A stretch of 63,684 bases of DNA, filler included, from Octopus bimaculoides (lineage: Eukaryota): NCBI RefSeq assembly GCF_001194135.2. It is 11 parts of 9 records of this genome, joined end to end, with 100 filler letters (N's around TTAATTAATTAA, not from the genome) between each part and the next. Parts side by side here need not be neighbours in the genome. Positions count along the whole stretch, not along the records: positions 23,709 to 31,876 come from NC_068982.1; positions 31,977 to 36,624 come from NC_068982.1; positions 36,725 to 39,127 come from NC_068989.1; 8 more parts are not named here. One strand, given 5' to 3'. The notes beneath the pieces are model-generated. The model was not told the DNA's origin. It made no database searches and saw only the letters and a list, made by a program, of their open reading frames with translations. Made by a program: the position numbers and the translations under genes. Below, piece by piece: positions 23,920 to 37,655 of the stretch. Within the stretch, counting starts at the first letter, position 1. Every line of letters starts with the position of its first letter.

Positions 23920-25413
23920 CTGAAACAAACGGTAGTCTGTCCATAACAGGCCGAACTAGTCATTTCAGTTAGGGAAGCGAAGGAAATCAGAAGAAAATTA
24001 AACAACTGGAAGGCCCCGGGACCAGATGGTGTTCAAGATTTGGTGAATGTCATGCACGAATAGCTGCACAACTGAATACTTTGTTAAATGCCGACCAAGT
24101 AATACCAGAGTGGTTAACATTGGGTAGGACAGTGCTGTGCCTGAAAAACATCGCAAAAGGCAATACGATAGACAATTACAGGCCGATACTCGGTTTGCTA
24201 CTAATGTGGAAATTATTGACTAATATTCGCAGAGTTAATGTACGAACATCTGGAAAAAATGGGAGTCCTGTCACATGAGCAGAGGGGGTACAATCGTATG
24301 TGCAGAGGTACCAAGGATCAACTCCTGATAGAGAAATCTGTACACAGAGATATGGGTCACTCCACCCAAAAAGTGATACAGACAGACTGTATGTACCAAG
24401 AAAAAGAGGGGGAAGAAGACTTATTGGATGCGAACACAGCATTAGAGCAGAAAACATCATAGCATGGTATGTAAAAAATGCCACAGAACCGCTATTATTA
24501 GAAGAAGGTCAGTCTTGTGCAAAATGAAGGATTGCAAAAACCATACAAGAAATTGAAAACGAATGAAACTGAAAATGGGTGGGTAGAGAAAAAATGCAGG
24601 GTCAATTTCTTAGAGCTGTTGATGATAAGACAGACAGAGAAATAAGATGGCTGTGGATGATCAAAAGGGATTTAAAACCGGAAACGGAGGCTTTAATCTG
24701 TGTTGCACAAGAGCAAGCACTAAGAACAAACTACATAAGATACGGAAAAGACAACTCAGCAGAAAGTGTTAAGTGCAGAATCTGCGGACAAAACAGTGAA
24801 ACCGTATGGCATATTACCAAATAATGTATGCCACTAGCGCAAAAGGAATATAAGAGACGCCACGACAATATAGCCTGGCTTACCATTGGACACTTTGCAA
24901 CAAGTATGGAGGTGACAGAGAAAAAAATTGGTACGACCACAACCCCGAAGACATCGTCGAAAATGGAAATGCAAAGATCCTATGGGATTTTATGATTCAG
25001 TGCGACCATAAGATAGAGAATAGGAAGCCGGACGTAGTCTTAATTCAGAAAGAAAGCAAACTATGCCGGATCGTAGCTATAGCATGCCCAGCTGACAACA
25101 GGGTATGCGATAAAGAAGAAAGAAAAGTTGAGAGATATGACAGGTAAGCTTGGGAATTAAGCAGTTGTGGTCGATGAAAAAGGTAGCAGTAGTACCAATA
25201 GTTGTCGGAGCCCTGGGAACAGCGAGCAAAAATCTCGAGAAGTACATGGAACAATTAGGGGCTGCAATAAGGGTGGAAAACTTGCAGAAACAGCACTGCT
25301 TGTATACTCCGGAAGGTGCTCGAAAAATACGAGGTGTTATCTTAGTTCACTGGTAGTGAACAGCTGACACCGTAGTACATCTCCAGCGTTAGAAGCTGTG
25401 CAAAGGCAATAAT
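23920..25413 (+). mobile_element. R4/Dong-clade non-LTR retrotransposon, 5'-truncated and internally deleted, flanked by (TAA)n
   Basis: NWKAPGPDG, PEWLTLGRTVL, DNYRPI, RGTKDQLLI, HPKSDTDRLYVPRKRGGR, KMQGQFLR, LKPETEALICVAQEQALRTN, CRIC..ETVWHI (CCHC), KILWDFMIQ.D..IENRKPD, VVPIVVGALG (restriction-like endonuclease). Confidence 0.92.
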
Positions 25414-25450
25414 AACCATGATAATAATAATAATAATAATGATGATGATG

Positions 25451-25636
<186 letters not shown>

Positions 25637-28109
25637 TTAATGATGATGATGATGATGATGATGTTAATAATCCAACAGATGAGCCGTAGAGCATTATCAG
25701 GTAAGTGAATTCGTGTTGGACATGTTATTGCACATCTGCTATATATATTTGATGTTGAATAGTGAAGGTGGGTGGGAAAAATTGACATATACGAAATATG
25801 CCCAAATGTGGAAAATGACGAAATATGCCAGCTGTGGAAAATGAAAAAAGCGAAGATAGTGTCAATTATTGTTAAAGTTGATATTCAGTTTAAATTTCAA
25901 ACATAACTGAAAATATGTACGAGGTCCTTGATATCGGTGGAGCTACACAAAATGCTTGAAGTTTTCCAAACAAAATTTGTATTATTGTGTTCATAATATC
26001 TACCACAATAGAAGTTGTACGTTTTCTATTCCACACAGAAAATATGCAAATGAACTGAATAGGTACATCTCCTGAAGAACCATTGAGATTATCTTGTAGG
26101 TTGTTCATTTACAACTTTTTGTTGGGTCGTGTGTGCTCATGTTTAATTACCGAGCCCACGATGCGAGAAGTGAAGAATAGCACTTATGTAAGTATCACAG
26201 TTTTTCAGGTAATATATAAATCCAGAAAATGAGTCGTGCATATATGTGTTGTTGATAGGGTAAGTTGAGCTGATGTTGTGATGTTACTATTTGCTGGAGC
26301 GAGTTCAGAGTAGATAAAGGTTCATATTCTGCATCAGCAATGTCTGCATTCTGTGCTGTCTGAATGCCAACAGAATTTACGAACATTTAGGAAATTGAAG
26401 ATAGTATTTTCAGAAGAAGTATAACTTCAAACAGTCGCATACGATTAAGAGTGACCCTGTAACTAGAGAGAGATATTGAAGTATTCTCTGAATTGTGAAG
26501 TTTGTAAACTGACATGGCAGAGGCATACTATAAATGTTCTAATGCATTTCGTCGTTAAGTATGGATATAGCACGCTCGCAGCAAACAATATACGCATTAT
26601 GCAAAAAAGTGTATGATTTGAGTGATAAGACGGAGGTGTCTGTGCTGCGAAAGTTGAACAAGAATGTATGAGCACCAGTGTAGAGATATTTTTCAAGGAC
26701 ATTCTATTTATATGCAAACTTTATTTCAAATGTATATTTGTACGGATATATATATATGTATGTATAACTCTATTGTACACATATCTTCTACACCACTGTC
26801 TCTCATTCTCTCTGTCCTATGATTGATAGGTTAGGCTAACCTGCTTATAGAAAATTATGAATGAAATAGGAACAATTACAAAAAAAAAAGTTAAATGGTT
26901 TGCTATAATCATGCCAAATAGCTGATATGATTTAATTGATAACGTATCTCATCGCATACAATATCATAAAGTATACTTAAATGCGAACAAAAAAGAACGC
27001 GTATATTTTTACAAGCATGTGCCAGTGTTTAAGCGTGCGTGTGTGTGTGTGTATGCGTGCGTGTGCGTATTCGTGTGTGTGTCTGTGTGTATGCGTGTGC
27101 GTTCTTTGTGTGTGCGCGTGATCTTGTATGTGGGTGTGCTTGTGTGTGTATGTGTGTGTGTGTGTGTGTGTGTATGTGTGTGAAGAGCGAAAAAGCGTAG
27201 GAGAGAAAATTATAATTTGACACAAACAGAATCAGAGAAATATTTGTTCTTGATTGCGATATTAAATTGCTTATATTTTCTATTAAAATTATTGGTTATT
27301 AATGGAAGGTGAAATATTAATTTTTCACAATTCAATTACTAGTTACTCAGTCTCATGACACTATAAACGTAACAGTCAGCCATGAAATGGTAGTTAGGTT
27401 ATTATTGTTGCTCTCCAAGCTGTAATGTTTGCTTGAAAAGCAATAAATTTTGTACTTGATTTAGTTAGCGTAGTTTTCAGTAATTAGTTGGCATATGTTC
27501 TGGATTTATGTTCCTCGCATAGATATATAGGCAAGAAACTGCAGAATTACAGACCTAAAACTAAACGAGGTTGTATGATGTTTATACATTTTATTAATTG
27601 CAGATGTAACATAATAAAATGTAGAAATGATAAAAAAACAAAAAAAGAAAGAGAAATGCGTAAATTTCGGTAAACTGGTGTTTGGATATTCTTACGTTAT
27701 TACTGCTTAGAATCAACAAAAGAATATTCGCACATTTGTCCTCTTGATCAATATGTATTTTCCTCAGTCAGAGTCAATGACGATATGCATTATGCATTAA
27801 ATTGTGTCTCGGTACAATATGACTATCGTTTAACAAATGGCAAGAATTAACAGGAATCTCAGGTCTTTGGATTCGGTTTATACTGATGCTAATATGTGAT
27901 GACGATTGGAGCCGACGTTGTTACACATTGTCCCCATCTGGTGGTTTGTATAATCTGTTTTATATATCAGCCATCTGAAATGGATGCCACACCAACAGCA
28001 ATGCTAATTTATAAATGAAGAAAGTATTCCTAACTGACTCTACAATATATATTAGTCAGGAATTAATTGCCAGTGAACCATTATTTGTGTGTGTCTGCTT
28101 GTGTGTGTG

Positions 28110-28170
<61 letters not shown>

Positions 28171-29884
28171 GTGTGTGAAAAGTCAATCAGGATCCCCAAC
28201 ATAATGTACTGGTTATGTTCGAACACAGGACACCGCGTTCTTTAGCTCGAAAGGATCTCTCATATGAACGCGTCGTGCGTCAAATCACTCGCATAAATAT
28301 CGTTGACAGAGGAGAACCCTCTGCTCTGGCAACCGGAACTGCCAGAGAATGAATTTCAGCTGCTTTTGTTTCCTCAGTGACATATGTCTAGCAGCAACAT
28401 AATAATTAATTCTCCCCATTCAGTCACTGGTGTCACAAACAGACAGCGGGCTCATTAAAAAAAATAATGCATACCCACAATAGCATTAAATCTTCGAAAA
28501 GGCCACCTCAGTCCTAAACTTAACATGGAGCTTGTGTTTCACCAGAGAATACTGCGTTGAAGAGGATCTGTCATATGAAGAGGTTCTCTCATATGAATTC
28601 ATGGTGCATAAAAGCACTCGTATTTATATTGTACTTTCAGGTTGACTCTACAGTCTGTTGCAGTCATGTATCTTACGCTGCTAGAAAAAAAGAAATGCAA
28701 CGAACGCATCTATGTATTATAGCATGTAGGTATTCTCAATATGCATTGGATAATATAATTGAAGATAAAAATTAGCAGGGTGCACCGGGAAAGGCATTTT
28801 GTTTTTCTTTCTTTATTGTTGTGCTGCTTTATTATAGATGTTACAGGAAGAATATCTATTTCTAAAACTTTTGATGAAAATTCAATTAGTTTATTGCTAG
28901 GCACTAAAGGCCTATATTTTTTATATAAATATATCGATAAATAATATAGAAATATTCGCGAAACTTGTAAAATGTCCACCCTATTGTTTTCTGCATGGAA
29001 TCTAGATTCATATATATGATGTTGTAATATGAGTACATCAGTATCCATAAATATAGTGATCATCGACTGAATAAATGCTATAAAAATAAAGTGTTCCATC
29101 AGAAAATTAAGCTCCTACGAATCAAATTAATTGAACAGGCACGTCTGAAAACGGTGACTCTAAATGAGTCTAAGAGAAGTAAAAATATGGAACTAAGATA
29201 TCCATAAACTGAAATAACTGTGCGAATACATATGAAATAGCAGAAGATATATATATATATATATATATATATATGGTATGAAGTTACCTGACGTGGATTA
29301 TACAATATCGTACGTCGTTACCTCATTTTACATAGCGTAGAGGTGTGTTATGTTCCTTGGTTTGTTGTTGATATATGTATCTATATGGGTGACAGAAACT
29401 TCTGAAGGAAGAAAGGTGGGGATTTAGAGGAGGACGATAATTAACAAAGATATAAATAAAAGATATGAACAGAGGAAAGATTAAGATGGGGAAAACTGAA
29501 TCTGAAAATTAATATTCGTGAGCTAGTAGATTGGTAAGATTAGTAAACTTTTTTGAATATATATACGATGAATCAAAAAAAAAAAATGCAACATTGTAAA
29601 AGACGGAGGTCAAATGTCACAGAAATACCTTGCGGCAGTTAACATTTCGAGAATTTCAGCCGATGCGTATAGATGTAGNNNNNNNNNNNNNNNNNNNNNN
29701 NNNNNNNNNNNNNNNNNNNNNNNNNNNNNNNNNNNNNNNNNNNNNNNNNNNNNNNNNNNNNNNNNNNNNNNNNNNNNNNNNNNNNNNNNNNNNNNNNNNN
29801 NNNNNNNNNNNNNNNNNNNNNNNNNNNNNNNNNNNNNNNNNNNNNNNNNNNNNNNNNNNNNNNNNNNNNNNNNNNNNNNNNNNN

Positions 29885-29909
<25 letters not shown>

Positions 29910-29916
<7 letters not shown>

Positions 29917-30060
29917 ACAAGAAGGACAACAAAAGAAAGAGACCTCGATATCATGCAAATTTTTCACAGGAATTTTCAATTGGCCGGATAACTGAAGAGA
30001 TGTTGGCGTGGGCTCCCACCCTGGCATCCGAAACTCGGAGTTTTATCAGGGCTACTGAAT
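29910..30060 (+). mobile_element. Penelope-like 3' end / pseudo-LTR remnant
   Basis: Carries a hammerhead motif. The upstream cctcgatatcatgcaaattt resembles the ..RH..KF.. end of PLE ORFs (weak). Confidence 0.5.
29987..30047 (+). ncRNA. type I hammerhead ribozyme-like motif
   Basis: Stem I GATAA/TTATC; core CTGAAGA (29992-29998); stem II GATGTTGG/CTGGCATC plus GTGGG/CCCAC; GAAA (30030-30033); stem III ACT-CGG-AGT; cleavage triplet GTT. There is one extra C before GAAA. Confidence 0.65.
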
Positions 30061-31199
30061 AAGTATCACATATTTTTACAGATATATATATATATATATA
30101 TACAGTATTATTAAAAGTAGCTGTGGTAGTAGCAGCAGCAGCAGCAGGATCGGTGGCATTAGTAGTGCAGTAGTAGTAATTGTGGCGCTGCTGTTGTTGG
30201 TAGTAGCTATGTGCTTGTATATATTTACTCAGGTTAGTTCATATCCTTACGGTCCGCTAAACAAACAAAGCACAGAAATAATAAATATACGCAATGATTC
30301 CACATACTGACTTTGCAGAAAACTGTTAAACCACACGGATTTCTCTGCAACTTAAAATAGCTTCAATGTTACTTGATTTAATTTATTATTTTTGTTTCTA
30401 TTTTCATATCTTAACATCTCCAGTTTTGTGAGTCCTACGAATTCCCCCAAATGGCTGATTAAAGCATTTTGGCTGATACGTCTATTAAAAGTCATAGTGT
30501 TGGTAGAATTTAGCAGAAAGCACTATGCAGCAACATTCTTTCAAGCTTTTTCATTGATCCACTGCTGAACTCTCACGCTACAGATTAATTATGCAAAGCA
30601 CTAACTGCTTTTGTTGTAACAATCGATGTTTGTTTTATAGGACTATTCTAACATTATTGACGCAGACTTTGATATGGACATTCTCTATGCAGTAACTTTC
30701 TTTGTTTTATATGCTCGTATGTTAATTCAGAGTTAAACTTTGGAAATGTAAATTACTGTAAATTCGCAATATATGGTGCTACCAATCGTGCTATCAAAGG
30801 AAATGCAGGTTATGTATATGAGTAAATGAATAGCAATAGGCTTTTGAATATCCTTTTTCCGATCTTTAAAACAGTTTCTAGAAATATATTAATATTCAAT
30901 GAACACATCACTCACCTACAACAGTAGATGGAGAATATTCTTAAGACCAACATTTATAATTTACGAGAATGCTATATCCGATACTGATTACATTATCAGA
31001 ACAACCACTTTACGATTTGTCTCATAGAGTCCGTGGTATTCGGCAGAAAACAAACCAAAGGATGTTGGAACACCGGGCCTGGCGTTCCACTGGCTTCTGA
31101 GCAAATTTCTGTGTTTTTAACTGTAAAATCTCGCTAAGGGATAAATGATAACGATATAAATGGCATCGTTCTTCACCTTGGTAAAATATTGCCCATTGG

Positions 31200-31269
<70 letters not shown>

Positions 31270-31271
31270 CC

Positions 31272-31876
31272 TTTCTAAAAAATTGTACAAAGACTTACTC
31301 CAAGACACCTCTAAGAAGGAACAGTGTAAAACTATCGAAATGAGTAAGTAACCTTCTCTCTCGTCTCTTTACGCTTTTCGACTAAATTATGCTTAAAATA
31401 GGTTGTGTAAATGTACGTGGCTTGGCGTCAGTTTGGAAGCAAGGATATCTTCTAAATGTCATCAGGTCACAAAACATATAAATAATAGCTAACAGTGAAA
31501 CCAGACTCAGTAACCCGCGGGCCCTCAAGTCCATGTTTGGCGGAGAATTCGACATTTATTTTTCTCCCTGTCTGCCAAACATGTGTGGTGGTGGTACCGC
31601 GGTGCTTTTACGGAAGAGTCTGAACCTAAAAGTAAGGCCAATATTCCTAGACCCGGAGGGTAGGCTGGTTGTCTTGGACGTCGATGGCACACACGGGTGT
31701 GCTTTCCGTCTGACAGCAGTGTATGCACCGTCCTTAACGGGTCGCGCGGATTTCTTTAGACGTCTAGAGTTTTTCCTGTGAACGTCACGACCTTTACTGC
31801 TAGTAGGGGACTGGAACGCTACCTTGGACACGCATATAGACTATGTGGGAGTGGATAGGAGTAGAAGGGGATGTAA
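31272..31876 (+). mobile_element. Tx1/L1-type LINE: end of ORF1 and APE endonuclease of ORF2, 5' junction on (TATC)n
   Basis: KLYKDLLQDTSKKEQCKTIEMSK*, then ATG at 31389: MLKIGCVNVRGL...SETRL...GGGTAVLLRK...DPEGRLVVLDV...AVYAP...LLLVGDWNATLD (APE motifs; two stops); runs into gap. Confidence 0.9.
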
Positions 31877-32053
31877 NNNNNNNNNNNNNNNNNNNNNNNN
31901 NNNNNNNNNNNNNNNNNNNNTTAATTAATTAANNNNNNNNNNNNNNNNNNNNNNNNNNNNNNNNNNNNNNNNNNNNGTGTGTGTGTGAAAGAGAGAGACA
32001 GTCAGGCAGCCAGACAGCGAGACAAACAGGCAGTTAGCCAAATATACCAAGAA

Positions 32054-32107
<54 letters not shown>

Positions 32108-32695
32108 GTACAAACACACACACAAGCATGTAAAATAGGTGAAGAAGAAAGGGAAAAAGACAGCCTTCCAAATAGGCAGACAGTGAGAGTCACTCTGGTT
32201 TGGCAGACATAACTGGCTCTGTTCCGTTTAACTGATATATTCAGATGTGGGGAGGGGTCATTGCATAGAGCTTGTCAAATTCTACAGATGCTCCTTCAGT
32301 CTACACTAATCAAATAACATACGGCATATTAATTATTTATGCACATATTAGAGTCATTCAAAGCACTGGATCGTGTGGGTACCAGGTCAACCAATCCTTC
32401 AAATGGGTATGGCTAATGTGATGCTAAATGAGATGGAAGTGACATCATACAGACATTTGTTTCTGTTCTCCCCTCATTTACTTATAGGTTGGCGCTAATT
32501 CTTCTCTCTCACACACACTAACACTTTTTGTATGTAAGTATGTATGTGTATTTACTGTTAATATACGGACATACTCACCGAGACATACACATTCATATAC
32601 ACCACTAATATGTAGTGTATATGCACAATCATATATACGATATGATATGTAGTGCATTTACTCCATTGAGTATTTATTTCTCAGTATATAAGTAT

Positions 32696-32742
<47 letters not shown>

Positions 32743-33725
32743 NNNNNNNNNNNNNNNNNNNNNNNNNNNNNNNNNNNNNNNNNNNNNNNNNNNNNNNNNN
32801 NNNNNNNNNNNNNNNNNNNNNNNNNNNNNNNNNNNNNNNNNNNNNNNNNNNNNNNNNNNNNNNNNNNNNNNNNNNNNNNNNNNNNNNNNNNNNNNNNNNN
32901 NNNNNNNNNNNNNNNNNNNNNNNNNNNNNNNNNNNNNNNNNNNNNNNNNNNNNNNNNNNNNNNNNNNNNNNNNNNNNNNNNNNNNNNNNNNNNNNNNNNN
33001 NNNNNNNNNNNNNNNNNNNNNNNNNNNNNNNNNNNNNNNNNNNNNNNNNNNNNNNNNNNNNNNNNNNNNNNNNNNNNNNNNNNNNNNNNNNNNNNNNNNN
33101 NNNNNNNNNNNNNNNNNNNNNNNNNNNNNNNNNNNNNNNNNNNNNNNNNNNNNNNNNNNNNNNNNNNNNNNNNNNNNNNNNNNNNNNNNNNNNNNNNNNN
33201 NNNNNNNNNNNNNNNNNNNNNNNNNNNNNNNNNNNNNNNNNNNNNNNNNNNNNNNNNNNNNNNNNNNNNNNNNNNNNNNNNNNNNNNNNNNNNNNNNNNN
33301 NNNNNNNNNNNNNNNNNNNNNNNNNNNNNNNNNNNNNNNNNNNNNNNNNNNNNNNNNNNNNNNNNNNNAAAATGCTCGCTGTTTTTACACGCTATCACTC
33401 ACAATAAATATTTGGAAGTCTGAACCGCACACAGGGTCGTGCATTCTCACATGTAGTCTCGTATACAAAAAGGAAAAAAACAAACAAAAAAAAACAGACC
33501 CTCGAACACGAACCCACCACACAAGTTATAAAGTATTGTGACGAAAGTGAAATAACACAGAAGTTGATTTAAGGAGCGGTTATAACCTATAAATTTAAAA
33601 AGGAGGGAAAAAAAAAAAGAAAACAAGCTGCTGTAGAGCATGGTAGTACTGTGTTAAAGAATTTTTTGCCTGTCAGCGAAGGAAGTAGTGAAACTTAGGG
33701 TGGCTGTCAGGTGATATGACTGCAG

Positions 33726-33727
<2 letters not shown>

Positions 33728-33807
<80 letters not shown>

Positions 33808-33809
33808 TG

Positions 33810-33846
<37 letters not shown>

Positions 33847-33861
33847 TAATAATAATAATAA

Positions 33862-33906
<45 letters not shown>

Positions 33907-33959
33907 TAATAATAATGATAATGATAATAATAATAATGACAACAACAACAACAACAATT

Positions 33960-33993
<34 letters not shown>

Positions 33994-33995
33994 TT
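33728..33995. repeat. (AAT)n microsatellite
   Basis: Long AAT array with occasional GAT/AAC interruptions. Confidence 0.95.
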
Positions 33996-34489
33996 TCTTT
34001 ATTAACCACAAGGGTTTACATTAAGAAACAAAGAATGTGTGCGTGCATGTGTGTGAGTGTGTGTTGTGAGAGTTTTGAAGTGTAAACAAGACTAACAAAA
34101 TTAAAAAAGAAAAATGGAAGAAGGAAAGAAACCAGCAATGTGTAATCCTCAATAGGGAGGAGACGTCCGAGGGCTGCATAAAAAACCCATTAATAATAAT
34201 GATTGTATCTTATGTCAATTGTCATGGTTGATTTATCGATTTACTTATTTTGTCGTTCGGTAATTTAAAATGGATAAAGAAGGAAAAGATATTGCTTAAA
34301 ATAGTGATGATATTGATGTTAATGCTGATGCTGATGCTGATGTTGTTGCTGTTGCTGTTGTGGTTATTGCTGTTGCTGCTGCTGCTGTTGTTGTTATTGA
34401 TGGTGTTGTTGATGATGATGATGATGATGATGAAGGGTGAGGACTAGGAAAAGAAGTGACGAGTATGGTGTGCATTATTATTTTCTTTT

Positions 34490-34698
34490 TACTCTAGGCA
34501 CAAGGCCCGAAATTTTTGGGGAGGAGATCAGCCAATTAGATCGACCCGAGTACGCAACTGGTACTTAATTTATGGACCCCAGAAAGGATGAAAGGCAACG
34601 TCGGCCTCGGCGGAATTTGAACTTAGAACGTAACGGTAGACGAAATATCGCTAAGCATTTCGCCCGGGGTGCTAACGTTTCTGCCAGCTCGCCGCCTT
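34490..34698 (-). mobile_element. SINE family C, full length
   Basis: Reverse complement: ggcggcgagctggcagaaacgttagc...gttcaaattccgccgagg...aaatttcgggccttgtgcc. Confidence 0.92.
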
Positions 34699-34999
34699 AC
34701 ATGTATGTAAATATAGGCAGAACAGGATATCAACTTAATGATCAACTCAGCGATTCTTAACAACTACAGATGAATTCATCGAGACTTTATATGCAGTTAG
34801 TCTTTGGCCAGCAAGAAATTTCAGTTAAATTCTCTCTAAAACCACACAAGGAGGAATAGAGAGAAAAATGACAAAACAAAATGTCCACTGCATTGTCTGA
34901 ATATAGGATGGAATACATATGATTGGAAGATTTTGATCAACTATCAATTTCGTCAAAGACTGGAAGTTAAATAAAGTAGCAACACCACCAACACCACCT

Positions 35000-35132
35000 C
35001 AACGGCAATGATGTTGTTGTTGTTGTCAGTCGTCATAGTCGTTGTTGTCGTGATAGTTGTCACCGTCATCGCCATCTTCGTCATCATCGTCTTCGTCGTC
35101 GTCGTCGTCGTCGTTGTCATCGTCAGCATAAA

Positions 35133-35173
<41 letters not shown>

Positions 35174-35197
35174 GTAGCAGCAGCCTTATCGTCATCA

Positions 35198-35229
<32 letters not shown>

Positions 35230-35525
35230 GTCATCATCATCATCATCATCATCATCATCGACATCATCATCATCATCATCATCATCGCCATCATCGTCAT
35301 CGCTATCGTCATCGTCATCATCATGACTTCTAACATCATCACTACCGCCGCCAGTGCCACGGCAATCACCACCGATCACCACCATCATCGTCGTCGTAAC
35401 CATCATAAAGATCATCGTGATTAACATCCTTCGCCTTCTTACACCGATCTTTCCCCTCTTCCTCGTCATGCTCATGATGATGGCGATCATCATCTTCATC
35501 ATTACTACCATCATCAATCGTCAAT
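35000..35525. repeat. compound trinucleotide tract (TCA/TCG/TCT)n
   Basis: In-phase mosaic of CAT/CGT/CTT triplets; source of the poly-D, poly-I and poly-M ORFs. Confidence 0.9.
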
Positions 35526-35574
35526 ATCTGCCGCCCACAGTACTGTCTTCCATCGTTGTCGTAATGGTCATCGC

Positions 35575-36062
35575 CGTCAAGGTGGCGAGCCGGCAAGAAA
35601 GGCGGCGGGCTGGCAGAAACGTTAGCACGCCGGGCGAAATGCTTAGCGGTGTTTCGTCTGCCGTTACGTTCTGAGTTCAAATTCCGCCGAGGTCGACTTT
35701 GCCTTTCATCCTTTCGGGGTCGATAAATTAAGTACCAGTTACGCATTAGGGTCGATGATATCGACTTAATCTCCTTGTCTGTCCCCTCTATGTTTAGCCC
35801 CTTGTGGGCAATAAAGAAATAAGAAACGTTAGCACGCCGGGCGAAATGCTTAGCGGTATTTCATCTACCGTTACGTTCTAAGTTCAAATTCCGCCGAGGT
35901 CGACTTTGCCCTTCATCCTTTCGGGATCGATAAATTAAGTACCAGTTCCGTACTGGGTTAATCGGCTGGTCTCCTCCCCAAAAATTTCGGGCCTTGTTCT
36001 TAAGTACTGGGGTTGATCTAATCGACTGGCACCCTCCCCAAAAATTTCGGGCCTTGTGCGTG
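35575..36062 (+). mobile_element. tandem SINE family C copies; the first ends in a Tx1-like tail
   Basis: Copy 1 (35575-35826) ends TGTCCCCTCTATGTTTAGCCCCTTGTGGGCAATAAAGAAAT. Copy 2 starts aaacgttagcacgccggg at ~35826. The tail is duplicated at 35990-36062. Confidence 0.9.
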
Positions 36063-36725
36063 GAATAAAAAAGTATATTTGCATACATGTGGTGTCAAAC
36101 ACATGCCAATTGGTCGCAAGTATACCTGTGTGACTAACAAATATGCTTTGCACTCACGTGATTCCAGGTTAGATTCCACTGGCCGTGACTTTACGCTATT
36201 GTTTTAACCCAAACCTGTTGTGACAAATTGAGAAGACAGAAATTGTAAGAGCTTGTTGAGTGAACTGTACTTGACTTTAGCGCTCCCCAGTAGTAATTGA
36301 GCTTAGGTCTCTGCTCTTCTTACTCTCACTCATCCCGAAGACCCTGCAAAGAACAGTGGGCAATCCTTTTTCTAAAGGCTAAATCATAATAAATCTCATA
36401 ATGCAAAATAAAGCCTAATATTATATATAATCACTTGAGCGGATAATTGTGTTTATGTTGGTGAGTATATGAGTTGGAGCGTGCATGTATAAATAGTAGG
36501 CACATGCAGTGTATATATATATATATACATATATATAAATGGCGGTGCCCCAGCATGGCCACAGCTCATGAGCTGAAACTAGATAAAATGAAAAATGAAA
36601 TATATATATATATATATATATATANNNNNNNNNNNNNNNNNNNNNNNNNNNNNNNNNNNNNNNNNNNNTTAATTAATTAANNNNNNNNNNNNNNNNNNNN
36701 NNNNNNNNNNNNNNNNNNNNNNNNT

Positions 36726-36865
36726 TGGCGGAAAGCCTTTGACGGAAAGCCTTTGACGGAAAGCCTTTGACGGAAAGCCTTTGGCGGAAAGCCTTTGGCG
36801 GAAAGCCTTTGACGGAAAGCCTTTGACGGAAAGCCTTTGACGGAAAGCCTTTGACGGAAAGCCTT
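36726..36865. repeat. 14-bp minisatellite TG(A/G)CGGAAAGCCTT, 10 visible units
   Basis: Direct count of units; a single variable position; the array extends into the gap. Confidence 0.95.
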
Positions 36866-37244
36866 AATCAAGACACATCGACAATATGGCAGCAATGACA
36901 ACATTACCAACGACATCGTTTATAACGACAATGGTTACAATAATCACAACAATAACAGCAATGAATGAATGAGGGGTTTTCCACCGACCCAGCTGAAGAA
37001 CCCTTACTATGTGGCCCTCTCGAACTGCAGGAAATAGCTGCCAAGTTTCCTTCAAATCACGTGGTGTCGTGCCAAAAGAAAATAACATGTCCTTATGCCG
37101 TCGCTAAAAATCTAACGTCGAAGGAAGAGAGACGGAGTCCAGGCAGAAAAGGCTATCTACCTATCTACAAAGAATTACAATGAAATCTTGCTTTCTTCTC
37201 ATTTTCCTGTTTTACTGTTTAATAATATTTATACTCACCTCTCT

Positions 37245-37655
37245 TTTACTCTTTTACTTGTTTCAGTCATTTGACTGCGGCCATGCTAGAGCACCGCCTT
37301 TAGTCGAGCAAATCGACCCTGGGGTTTATTCTTTGTAAGGCTAGTACTTATTCTATCGGTCTCTTTTGCCGAACCGCTAACTTACGGGCACGTAAATACA
37401 CGACTATAGGTTGTCAAGCGATGTTGAGGGGGACAAACACAGACACACACAAACATATACACACACATATATATATACATATACATATATACGACGGGCT
37501 TCTTTCAGTTTCCGTCTACCAAATCCACTCACAAGGCTTTGGTCGGCCCGAGGCTATAGTAGAAGACACTTTCCCAAGGTGCCACGCAGCGGGACTGAAC
37601 CCGAAACCATGTGGCTAGTAAGCAAGCTACTTACCACACAGCCACTCCTGCGCCT
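37245..37655 (-). mobile_element. SINE family B, full length, uninterrupted
   Basis: Head reverse complement gcaggagtggctgtgtggtaagtagcttgcttac, CORE-like ccttgggaaagtgtc, internal microsatellite, tail ggcggtgctctagcatggccgcagtc. Confidence 0.93.

Noticed and set aside
25880-26720. Faint Helitron or transposase-like peptide fragments on the minus strand
   Set aside because: Motif order and spacing did not fit; could not be supported by eye.
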